A DNA stretch of 64,000 bases from an uncultured bacterium (GTDB lineage: Bacteria > Babelota > Babeliae > Babelales > Vermiphilaceae): assembly GCA_963702025.1 (NCBI GenBank), contig OY969699.1:1376001-1440000 (forward strand), written 5' to 3'. The notes beneath the pieces were generated by a model that saw nothing but the letters and a program-made list of their open reading frames with translations, was not told the origin of the DNA and ran no database searches. This document shows, in pieces, positions 29,997 through 38,160 of the stretch (positions are counted from its first letter, which is position 1; every line of letters starts with the position of its first letter). The position numbers were made by a program, and so were the translations under genes.

Positions 29997-30286
29997 CTAC
30001 GTTAAAACTACGGCGGGCAGGCCCGCTTTTTTAAAGGATTAATCTTTAAAAAGGCCGTGCAAGCACGCAGTACCGTTTATTTCAAATCTAATAGAATCTA
30101 GGTTATTTAGCTTTAAAAGGCAAGCACTTTAGGTCTTTTTTCAACTTTGGATCCAATGGTAAAGCAAGAAAACGCTCATGCATTAGCGAAAGCAAAGTTC
30201 GCCGGACTTCGGGCGCGATCATTAATCCTTAACTGGCGTTAGCCAGGCGTAGCTTGCCGAGCCGGAAGGCCCGGATAAGCGAAGAC

Positions 30287-30372
30287 TGGTGGCGAGAGTA
30301 GGATTCGAACCTACGAAGACATAAGCCAACGGATTTACAGTCCGTCCCCTTTGACCGCTCGGGAATCTCGCC
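30287..30372 (-). tRNA. tRNA-Tyr(GTA)
   Basis: GGCGAGATTCCCGAGCGGTCAAAGGG...ACGGA-CTGTAAA-TCCGT, long variable arm, GGTTCGAATCC, ACCA. Confidence 0.96.
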
Positions 30373-30440
30373 GATTTCAAATATAAAAAACCTGTGCATC
30401 TATAATAGAGCCTTTTAAAGCATATTTCAACTGCTTTTTA

Positions 30441-31076
30441 TCATTTTTGTTGAAGATAAGGGGGAGTATAGTTAGTTAATGCAAGATGACCATCTTCCCC
30501 TATAATTACCCCTACGTTCTTATTTGCTTTGGAAGGTGCCCAAAAATAGGCAAATTCTCCCTTAAGTTCTGGCTCTAATTCTGCCTCCTTCGGAGTTATT
30601 TTAAAGATTTCATCGTTATTTTTCTTATCTCGCAAAGAGGAAACCGTATAAACGTTAGATTTGGTACTAATGTTCAAATTCTTTTTATCACCATACAGCG
30701 TCATTTTGCGTTTAAAGAGGTTGTTCGGTTTCTTCTTGGCTGAACTAAGTATAGCAGAGCTCAGTTTAGGATCTTCTTTAGTTTGATATGTTATCAACAC
30801 AGGCACATCAGAGTTATTAATTATCTCTCTTATTGTTGGATATTCCACTTCGGTTTCAGAAAGGGGTTCAGTGCTTGTGTAACCCGCTTCATAGAGTGGT
30901 GAACGTATATCACGTTTGGATTTTTTAGTTCGTTCCTCTTGTTCGGATTCAAGAGGCAATGAAGAGGCAATGTCCTTCTCTTCAGGCTGATTCAAAGGAC
31001 GTTTTTTCTGCTCAAGCTTTTCCATACCATTTGTTATAAAAACAGCGAATAATAAAAACATAAAGCCTTTTTTCAT
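30441..31076 (-). CDS. Secreted hypothetical protein (signal peptide + ME)
   Basis: MKKGFMFLLFAVFITNG|ME; AGGAG RBS. Confidence 0.75.
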   Translation of the reverse strand: MKKGFMFLLFAVFITNGMEKLEQKKRPLNQPEEKDIASSLPLESEQEERTKKSKRDIRSPLYEAGYTSTEPLSETEVEYPTIREIINNSDVPVLITYQTKEDPKLSSAILSSAKKKPNNLFKRKMTLYGDKKNLNISTKSNVYTVSSLRDKKNNDEIFKITPKEAELEPELKGEFAYFWAPSKANKNVGVIIGEDGHLALTNYTPPYLQQK

Positions 31077-31100
31077 GATTACTCCTGATAAAAATGAATA

Positions 31101-31304
31101 TTACGTAGGATTCTTTTTACTGTGGCCAACAATCTCTTTTACTTCTTCAACACAGCTATTACACCCGGTCCCCACCAAAAGCGATTCTTGGAGTTTTTCA
31201 TACGAATCATCGCCCTTGGCAATCGCCGCAAGAATATCCGAATACATTACACCCATGCAGGTGCATACTAAATAATCTGGGCGTTGTAGCAAAGGACTTT
31301 TCAT
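31101..31304 (-). CDS. BFD-like (2Fe-2S)-binding protein
   Basis: LVCTCMGV...GTGCNSC motif. Confidence 0.85.
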   Translation of the reverse strand: MKSPLLQRPDYLVCTCMGVMYSDILAAIAKGDDSYEKLQESLLVGTGCNSCVEEVKEIVGHSKKNPT

Positions 31305-31308
31305 ACAT

Positions 31309-31737
31309 CTAGTCAGGTTTTATGATTGTTAATTTTCTTTTATCATCATAATAGTCTATTAAACAAAGGCAAACCTTTTCTTTTAATAATGGTGCCACAA
31401 TGGCCGGCCACTCAATAATTGTCCAACTATTGGGCACGTACAGATATTCTGCAAATCCTGCTGCTACAAAATCTTCAAGCGTTGCGATCCGATACAAATC
31501 AAAATGATAAAAAAATTCTTTTTTATCATTTTCATATACATTCAGATAGGTAAAGGTTGGACTTGTTACCAGTTGGCCAACACCACACTGCTTGAGCATC
31601 TCTTTTATTAATGTTGTCTTACCTGCTCCCAAAGGCCCCTCAAAGGTAAAAATACGGCAGGCATCACGGCTATCAGCAAGCTTCTTGCCAATAACCGGTA
31701 TCTCATGTTCATTATAAATAATTATTTCTTTATTCAT
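31309..31737 (-). CDS. tsaE: tRNA threonylcarbamoyladenosine biosynthesis ATPase TsaE
   Basis: GPLGAGKTT, VTSPTF, YHFDLYRI, IIEW; likely start MNKEII. Confidence 0.95.
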   Translation of the reverse strand: MNKEIIIYNEHEIPVIGKKLADSRDACRIFTFEGPLGAGKTTLIKEMLKQCGVGQLVTSPTFTYLNVYENDKKEFFYHFDLYRIATLEDFVAAGFAEYLYVPNSWTIIEWPAIVAPLLKEKVCLCLIDYYDDKRKLTIIKPD

Positions 31738-31741
31738 ATTG

Positions 31742-32317
31742 TTATAACTTCTTAATTTTTTGTAAGTAAGCTCGTTCTTTTTTTGAAGATGTATGCGAGC
31801 CGGGGATTCTATTGTGCGTGTAATCGATTTCCGGTTTTTGTATCTGTTCAATATTTTTCATCATTAATTCATCAATGAGCGCATTTTTTTCCTGCGTCGT
31901 TTTAACAACTGATGCAGATGATTGATGCTCTTTTTTCGATTGCAAAGTATTCCGCAAAAGGGCATAAAATTCAGCCGCATCTATGGATACCAAGCCACGC
32001 GATGCCGCCTGTGATCGCAGAACATTATCCGACGATACCAACAAAAGACCATGGGATCTACCCTGTAATATTTCAGTAATAACGTCGTCGGCTGTTTTTT
32101 GGTTCCCCGAATAGATGATTTTAACACCGTGATCTTTTTCTTGAGACGCAATGCCCAGCGGCCCACCATCAAAAACAAGAGTAATTGAATGATTCTTTTT
32201 TTCAGCATATTTACCCAATAAGGCTATAAAAGCGCGTCGCTGCTTTTGAGAGATCTGGCCATCATGCAGGACCTGCTTTAAGACATTGTAGCCATCGATA
32301 AGAATATGCATGGACAT
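31742..32317 (-). CDS. NYN-domain (YacP/Rae1-like) ribonuclease
   Basis: ILIDGYNV, LVFDG, TADDVI and LVSSD motifs. Confidence 0.9.
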   Translation of the reverse strand: MSMHILIDGYNVLKQVLHDGQISQKQRRAFIALLGKYAEKKNHSITLVFDGGPLGIASQEKDHGVKIIYSGNQKTADDVITEILQGRSHGLLLVSSDNVLRSQAASRGLVSIDAAEFYALLRNTLQSKKEHQSSASVVKTTQEKNALIDELMMKNIEQIQKPEIDYTHNRIPGSHTSSKKERAYLQKIKKL

Positions 32318-32441
32318 CCATAATTACTATTGTTTCATTGCCAACCAGGGTAAACAATATTAGTATAAATTAGTAAATAATAGTATCTACAATAGAATAG
32401 TAAAAATAATCACGATCAGACAGACCAATGAGGACAAGCCC

Positions 32442-33302
32442 ATGTCTTTACTTATTCAACTCCGACAACGAATCAAAGCCATTGAAACCATCAAAAAAAT
32501 TACCCATGCAATGCGCCTAATTTCTATGTCGGCACGCAGTCGCCTTAAAAGTAAAGAAAGTCCCTTGCGTGATTACATACAAACGATAAGCACTCTTTTA
32601 GCACAAATCAAACAGTATGCTCCTGATTGGCATAATCCCTTACTTAATCCTTTGCCCAATGCGCCGCACAATCCCCTAGTTATCATAATTGGCTCTCAAC
32701 GCGGCTTATGTGGCAATTTTAACACAACACTGTTCCATTTTTTCCAAAAAACCATCGCAAAAGGTTCCCATGAAGGCGGCGTTATTCCGGTAATTCCAAT
32801 TGGCAAAAAAGCAGTAATCTATTGTGAACACAACCCACTGTTTAAGATAATTAAATCCTATCCTGAGCTTCACGCAAAAAAAATAGAAGCAATTTCTCAA
32901 GAAATAACGCAGTTACTCGAGTCGCAGCAGCCGGCATTTACCCATGTTACCGTTTTTAGCAATATGTTAAAAACTTTTTTTGTGCAAAAGCCACAAGAAG
33001 CACCATTAATACCACTTACGCTCAAAGCAGAACAAGAACTAAGCAATAACCAATCCATTGATTACGAATGGGAGCAGTCACCCACCAGTTTACTCGATCA
33101 GCTTGCGCGCCAAACAATACTCATTAATCTTCATTATTTGCTTTTTGAATCATTACTTGCAGAACATGCCGCACGCTTTATTTCTATGGATAATGCCACA
33201 CGTAATGCACAGGCATTATTAGAAGAAACTAAATTGCAATACAACAAACTGCGTCAAGCAAAGATTACCAAAGAATTAACTGAGCTGGTCAGCAGCATGT
33301 AA
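32442..33302 (+). CDS. atpG: F1 ATP synthase gamma subunit (orphan)
   Basis: KKITHAMRLIS, RGLCGNFN, EHAARFISMDNATRNA, YNKLRQAKITKEL. Confidence 0.95.
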   Translation: MSLLIQLRQRIKAIETIKKITHAMRLISMSARSRLKSKESPLRDYIQTISTLLAQIKQYAPDWHNPLLNPLPNAPHNPLVIIIGSQRGLCGNFNTTLFHFFQKTIAKGSHEGGVIPVIPIGKKAVIYCEHNPLFKIIKSYPELHAKKIEAISQEITQLLESQQPAFTHVTVFSNMLKTFFVQKPQEAPLIPLTLKAEQELSNNQSIDYEWEQSPTSLLDQLARQTILINLHYLLFESLLAEHAARFISMDNATRNAQALLEETKLQYNKLRQAKITKELTELVSSM

Positions 33303-33429
33303 ATTTTTGCTCTCCTTTACAGGTACAGGGAAGCACCTTTCAGGCCCTTTTTAAGGCAATTTCCCCAAAAAATGCTCTATTTACCCTTTTTTTGACTATT
33401 CTTTTATGATTATAGGTTCAAAAAACACC

Positions 33430-33459
33430 TTGACTTACGCACTAATTTCATGTTAAAAT
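33430..33459 (+). promoter_or_regulatory. Sigma70-type promoter (copy 1 of a duplicated promoter)
   Basis: TTGACT-18 nt-TAAAAT with extended -10 TG; near-identical copy at 34904. Confidence 0.7.
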
Positions 33460-33515
33460 ACAAATAGAGAATAAAATATAAGCAATAAACGTAAATAATG
33501 AAAAAGGAGAATAGT

Positions 33516-34871
33516 ATGAAGAAAATGTTAACAATAGCTAGCCTTACGCTGTTGGGAAGCTTTTCCCTCAATGGTATGGAAATGCCGCGCTTAAGGGTCA
33601 AAGAACTGTCTTTAGAAGAGAAAGTAATTAATCTTTACTCATTAATTGCAAGCAACCAACGTCAAATAAAGGAGCTTGAAAAACAAGCCAAACAAGGGGA
33701 AATAACTCCGGACCAGTTTAAAGCTATGGCAAAAGATCGCGTTGGGTTAACTAATGAACTTCAAACTCAAATAGAGCTTGAAAAACAATTGGCAGAGGTT
33801 GAAGCAGAAATAAATACCCTATTCATAACATTAGGGGAATATGAGAAATCACCTCAACGATATGCGACAGAAATTAAATCTATAAGTCAAGTATGGCAAC
33901 AAAAAGAGAATGCAAAAGAAAACATTAAAGAAAAACTGAAAGTTAGCGCTCGGAAGTTAGATGATCTTCAGCTAGGCTTAGTTACTCAAGAAAGAGCAGC
34001 AAAAGCCAAAGTATTACCAAGCGCCAAGCAAAAACCGCCCGTTCCACCACGTGAAGAACCGGTCAAGAAAACACCACCTCCTGTTCCAGCACGCGAACCG
34101 GTAGAACAAGCTCATCCATTGCCAGTTTTGCCCGCTATTAAGAAACCGGCTGAACAGCCCGCTCCCATAGCTGAACAACGTGAGCAAGAACATGCTCGCG
34201 CTGAAAAAGAACGTAAAGCCGCCGGAGAAAGACGAGCCGCTGAACAACAACGCCGTGAGCAAGAACGAAAAGCAGAACAAGAACGAAAAGCCGCTGAAGA
34301 ACAAGCTCGTGCTGAAAAAGAACGTAAAGCAGCCGGAGAAAGGCGAGCCGCTGAACAACAACGCCGTGAGCAAGAACGAAAAGCAGAACAAGAACGAAAG
34401 CACGCTGAAGAACAAGCTCGTGCTGAACGCGCTGAAAAAGAACGTAAAGCAGCCGGAGAAAGGCTAGCCGCTGAACAACAACGCCGTGAGCAAGAACGAA
34501 AAGCGGAACAAGAACGAAAGCACGCTGAAGAACATGCTAGTCCTGAAGAATTAGAAGAACTAGCAGCTGCTATTCAACGACAAATAGACCGAGAACGAGA
34601 TGCTGAATATGTGAGAAAAGAAGCAGCTGAAAAAGGTGCCTTTGCTGCACTTGGCCTTCAGCCAAATGCATCCTGGTCCCAAATTTTAGGATTATCGGAA
34701 AATCCGTCATATGACGAAATAAAAAGCGCTTATAAAAAGCTCACTATAAAATGGTCACCTGATAGAAATCAAGACAAAAGAGCTAATGAAGTCACCAAGC
34801 TGATTAGAACAGCGCGCGATACGTTAGCAGCTAAATATGAACCGGAAAGAGAAGCGCCCTTAGAACATTAA
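33516..34871 (+). CDS. Secreted effector-like protein: coiled coil, Pro-rich linker, ER/K repeats and a C-terminal J-domain (HPD changed to SPD)
   Basis: MKKMLTIASLTLLGSFSLNG|ME after an AAGGAG RBS; ILGLSENPSYDEIKSAYKKLTIKWSPDRN. Confidence 0.85.
   Translation: MKKMLTIASLTLLGSFSLNGMEMPRLRVKELSLEEKVINLYSLIASNQRQIKELEKQAKQGEITPDQFKAMAKDRVGLTNELQTQIELEKQLAEVEAEINTLFITLGEYEKSPQRYATEIKSISQVWQQKENAKENIKEKLKVSARKLDDLQLGLVTQERAAKAKVLPSAKQKPPVPPREEPVKKTPPPVPAREPVEQAHPLPVLPAIKKPAEQPAPIAEQREQEHARAEKERKAAGERRAAEQQRREQERKAEQERKAAEEQARAEKERKAAGERRAAEQQRREQERKAEQERKHAEEQARAERAEKERKAAGERLAAEQQRREQERKAEQERKHAEEHASPEELEELAAAIQRQIDRERDAEYVRKEAAEKGAFAALGLQPNASWSQILGLSENPSYDEIKSAYKKLTIKWSPDRNQDKRANEVTKLIRTARDTLAAKYEPEREAPLEH
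34200..34538 (+). repeat. Three intragenic tandem repeats of ~111-120 bp (AEKERKAAGERRAAEQQRREQERKAEQERK...)
   Basis: GCTGAAAAAGAACGTAAAGC starts at 34200, 34311 and 34431. Confidence 0.9.
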
Positions 34872-34903
34872 TTGATTCTGTGGAGGGGGGCATTTTTGCC
34901 CCC

Positions 34904-34933
34904 TTGACTTACGCACTAATTCCATGATAAAAT
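34904..34933 (+). promoter_or_regulatory. Sigma70-type promoter (copy 2), directly after a GGGGGGCA/TGCCCCC hairpin
   Basis: TTGACTTACGCACTAATTCCATGATAAAAT versus TTGACTTACGCACTAATTTCATGTTAAAAT at 33430. Confidence 0.7.
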
Positions 34934-34992
34934 ACAATTAGATAATAAAATATTGTAGTCATCGTATATATATATCAAAAAGGAGAATAATT

Positions 34993-35973
34993 ATGAAAAA
35001 TACGTTAAAAATCGCTTTACTCACCCTTCTGGGTGGCTTTACCTTAAGTAAGGGAATGGAGTTACCATATGTTGGCATCCCAGTCCCCGCAGCTGGAAGC
35101 CAAGGAGAATCACTGGCTCAACGAATAAGCAATATTAATTCTATGCTTGCTGCTAACCAGGAGAATATGAATGAGCTAGAAAACAGCTTCAAAAGAGGTG
35201 CTATTAATGGGGATCAGTTTGAATCGATGATTAAGCATCGTCTTTCGATCTACGAAGAACTTGAAACTGAAAAAAATGAACTGCTTGCACAGCAAAAAGC
35301 ACAAAGAGGAGCATCTGTTGGCATGCCATTACCACCAGTTATAAAGCCTGCTGCAAAAGCACCCCCGGTAATATATGCGCCAACACCTGCAGTAGTTTAT
35401 CAATTAGAGCCGGCCGTTCAACCACGTGAAGAACCGGTCAAGAAGACACCGCCTCTTGTTCCGCCACGAGAACCAGTAAAACCAGCAGAAAAGCCTGCTC
35501 CTGTACAGATCGCACCGGTAGTTGCGCCAATTCTGCCTGCTATTAAAAAACCGGCTGAACAGCCTGCTCCCATAATTGCACCACCGGCACCTAATATTCC
35601 TAAAGCTCCCCCTGCTCCAAAAGGAGGATTTCCGGCCTTCAAAAAACCGGCGGAACAACCTGCTCCCGTACAGCCTGCTCCTGTAGTTGCACCGGTCGCT
35701 GTTCAAGCACCTCAAACTCCTGCTTATCAGGTTCCGCAAGCTGACATTGACAGATGGAAAGCTATGACAAAAGAGAAATTAAGTGCTGAACGAGACAGAC
35801 TTAATTGGAAAATGGGAGCCTTAGCACAAGCACGTCCTTTAAGTAATAAACCTGCCTCTGATGAAGAGATTCAGCTTAATGCGGAAATCAATGCGATTGA
35901 TGAAATAGCCAAAACAAAGAATTTTTGGGTAGCAGGTGAAAAACCAGTTCTTTCTAGAACTTGGCTCCCTTAA
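34993..35973 (+). CDS. Secreted Pro-rich effector-like protein, partial paralog of the 33516 gene
   Basis: MKNTLKIALLTLLGGFTLSKG|ME; shares PREEPVKKTPP and LPAIKKPAEQPAPI. Confidence 0.85.
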   Translation: MKNTLKIALLTLLGGFTLSKGMELPYVGIPVPAAGSQGESLAQRISNINSMLAANQENMNELENSFKRGAINGDQFESMIKHRLSIYEELETEKNELLAQQKAQRGASVGMPLPPVIKPAAKAPPVIYAPTPAVVYQLEPAVQPREEPVKKTPPLVPPREPVKPAEKPAPVQIAPVVAPILPAIKKPAEQPAPIIAPPAPNIPKAPPAPKGGFPAFKKPAEQPAPVQPAPVVAPVAVQAPQTPAYQVPQADIDRWKAMTKEKLSAERDRLNWKMGALAQARPLSNKPASDEEIQLNAEINAIDEIAKTKNFWVAGEKPVLSRTWLP

Positions 35974-35990
35974 AACTATTCAAAGAGCTC

Positions 35991-36030
35991 AAAAAAAGAA
36001 GGATGTCAAAATTGACATCCTTCTTTTTTT
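35991..36030. terminator. Bidirectional-type intrinsic terminator
   Basis: AAAAAAAGAAGGATGTCAA-AA-TTGACATCCTTCTTTTTTT. Confidence 0.85.
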
Positions 36031-36036
36031 GTTCCC

Positions 36037-36213
36037 TATGCCTATTGGGTTGAGACATTAGAGGATGCGTCAAGAGAAATTGTTGAAGCAATAAAAAATA
36101 AAACAGCCGTTGATTATATTACCAAACTTTGGCAAAAAGTTGCTGCGTTGCTTCCACTTATCCCTGATGATTTGTATAATGCCTTAAGCGCGCGGCCCGG
36201 CGGTGGCTTTTAA
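36037..36213 (+). pseudogene. 3' remnant of a short-chain dehydrogenase (SDR) gene
   Basis: YAYWVETLEDASREIVEAIKNKTAVDYITKLWQKVAALLPLIPDDLYN resembles an SDR C-terminus; no start codon; begins right after the terminator. Confidence 0.55.
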
Positions 36214-36239
36214 AGACAATCAAACAAAAGAATATTCGA

Positions 36240-36983
36240 ATGCTTAACCCATGCTCATTAAGGCAAAAAATGAATAAAGTTATGATCTATCTTTTCTTAC
36301 TATTTTTTACAGTCTATCCAGCTTTTGCCATAGAAAAGCTTAACTCTTCGCCACATAAAATTGCACTGGAAGAATATCTTATCAATGAACTCGATGATGC
36401 ATATATTGCAAAAGAACTGGCAACAATTCTGGTCGAAAATATTTTGATATGGAAAGCGCCAACTATTGCAACGGCACAAATAACTTCAATTATTGCCTAC
36501 GCATTCGGTAACCGAATTTTGCCGAACGGCAATCGGATTCCTGGACCAATGAATGAAGCATTGGCTGATATTGTTGTGCAACTACATAAAGAAACGAATG
36601 CGCCGGTGTTTGCGCAATGGGAAATTGCTGAGGCGATTGGTGACCGCATTGCGCCTGAGAACCTAACCGTTATCAATCCAGCGCTGGATGCGCAAGCAAA
36701 TATTGTATATCTAAGCACCGCTGGCGTTGCATCAGCAATAATAAAACATGTTGGCGACCCTCAAAAACTTGGCAAAGTTGCGGTGATCGCATTTAATGAT
36801 CATCTCTATCGATGCATCAAAGTATCGCGTGATGCGGGCATTGATGCATACGCGCCTGAAGGTTATTCAATGCCCGGCAATTACGACGAGCATTCAGGCC
36901 AACCGTGGACTCGCAACCGTCTTATATATTTGGTAACCGATATGAAAGCGCGGATAACAAATTGTTTTGAAAAATTACTTTAA
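36240..36983 (+). CDS. Secreted conserved hypothetical protein (possibly YdcF/DUF218-like fold)
   Basis: Signal peptide; YAFGNR...PGPMNEALA...AQWEIA...HLYRC...QPWTR. Confidence 0.65.
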   Translation: MLNPCSLRQKMNKVMIYLFLLFFTVYPAFAIEKLNSSPHKIALEEYLINELDDAYIAKELATILVENILIWKAPTIATAQITSIIAYAFGNRILPNGNRIPGPMNEALADIVVQLHKETNAPVFAQWEIAEAIGDRIAPENLTVINPALDAQANIVYLSTAGVASAIIKHVGDPQKLGKVAVIAFNDHLYRCIKVSRDAGIDAYAPEGYSMPGNYDEHSGQPWTRNRLIYLVTDMKARITNCFEKLL

Positions 36984-36996
36984 AATTTTTTTTTAT

Positions 36997-37128
36997 AATC
37001 CTTTATGCAGAAATTAAACGCCAAATTTAATTAGTTGCGATGCGCGATATTCAACGGATGAAGAAATTACTTTTGATTATGCATCCGTGATTGCCGAACT
37101 TGAAAGCAATTGCAAGCGATCCTATTAG
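36997..37128 (+). pseudogene. Decayed SET-domain gene remnant
   Basis: Reads AEIKRQI*LVAMRDIQ(frameshift)DEEITFDYASVIAELESNC, matching the SET C-terminal motif GIKGQI.LVAMRDI..GEEITFDY plus a post-SET Cys. Confidence 0.55.
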
Positions 37129-37220
37129 AAATAGATTTAAAAATTTCCAAATATTGACTGAACAGGCTTTTTTGCTATTCTTGCAATAATACTTTTTTAT
37201 TTTTACGATGGTGAAACTAC

Positions 37221-38123
37221 ATGAGACTGACCTTGCACTATTTTTTATTCTTCTTTCTTTTCGGCATACATACATTTCCACTTTCTGCAATGGAAGAACA
37301 ACCACTAACGCCGCGCACTCGAACTATCATTCAATTAAGTCAGCAAGTTGATAAGGTAACTCGGCAAGTTAATGCGGTGACCGCCGTGGTAATTGGTCAA
37401 GATGCACAACTCAGAGCAACTCAAACGGCATTAACGGCTACGCAATCTCAGCTCACAGATACGCAAGCCGCGCTCATTGATCTTTTAAAGGAAAAAAATG
37501 CCCGTCTTAAAGTCGCGGAAAAAGAGAGAATACTGCAAGCAAAAAATAGCAAGCTCTTGGCTATCGCCCAAAAATGTGCCCTCGGTGCAGCAAAACTCGG
37601 TATATTTCGCGGTGCTTCTGTAATTTTAAAACAATATTCCCAAACTATAATGCCCGGCGATTTTTTAACAAATGAAATTTTGCCTGACCTGTGTGCCACC
37701 GTAGTTGCTCAACAAGCCCCACAATTAGTTTGGAAAGTTTATGAGGGTCTGGGAACAATGACTAACCGTTGTAGTAGCGCATTAAATACGATGTTGGATC
37801 ACTATATAGACCTTTACTTGCAAGAAGATGCTACAGAACCAAACAGCAACAACCTTGCCAGAATCGGAAAACTGTACAAACGTAAAGCAGCATTAGAAAA
37901 AAAACCAGAATGGGAAGAATCATTTGATGAAAGTTTTAGGAGCAGTGTGGATGAGAAAACTAACTTCTTTAAAAATTATCTATCAAACCCGGAAGTAGAA
38001 ATTTTCCCTTTGCATACAGAAAAAATGGCATCTAAAATAGATGCACTTGAAAAAGATATTTCTTTGGCTGAAAAACTCATTAAAGAATGTCATGCTGTAA
38101 AAAGCCTAGCAGAAAGAAAATAA
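37221..38123 (+). CDS. Secreted coiled-coil protein (signal peptide + ME)
   Basis: ...HTFPLSA|ME; heptad-rich N-terminal half. Confidence 0.75.
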   Translation: MRLTLHYFLFFFLFGIHTFPLSAMEEQPLTPRTRTIIQLSQQVDKVTRQVNAVTAVVIGQDAQLRATQTALTATQSQLTDTQAALIDLLKEKNARLKVAEKERILQAKNSKLLAIAQKCALGAAKLGIFRGASVILKQYSQTIMPGDFLTNEILPDLCATVVAQQAPQLVWKVYEGLGTMTNRCSSALNTMLDHYIDLYLQEDATEPNSNNLARIGKLYKRKAALEKKPEWEESFDESFRSSVDEKTNFFKNYLSNPEVEIFPLHTEKMASKIDALEKDISLAEKLIKECHAVKSLAERK

Positions 38124-38160
38124 GAAAAAAACAATACAAGTGATATTTTAGGGTAATACA

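Larger units (their letters stand above)
29303..30286 (-). repeat. Family of structured repeats in the tRNA spacers; four copies abut the tRNA CCA ends
   Basis: RTCTTCGC lies immediately 3' of CCA in four tRNAs; three copies continue with GCTAYGCCTGGC-N4-GCCA. Confidence 0.8.

Noticed and set aside
29433..30372. tRNA cluster as an integration site for a prophage or island
   Set aside because: No integrase and no duplicated tRNA 3' end (att site) were seen in the window
34200..34538. Regular direct repeats considered as a CRISPR array
   Set aside because: They are in-frame coding repeats with no unique spacers, and there are no cas genes
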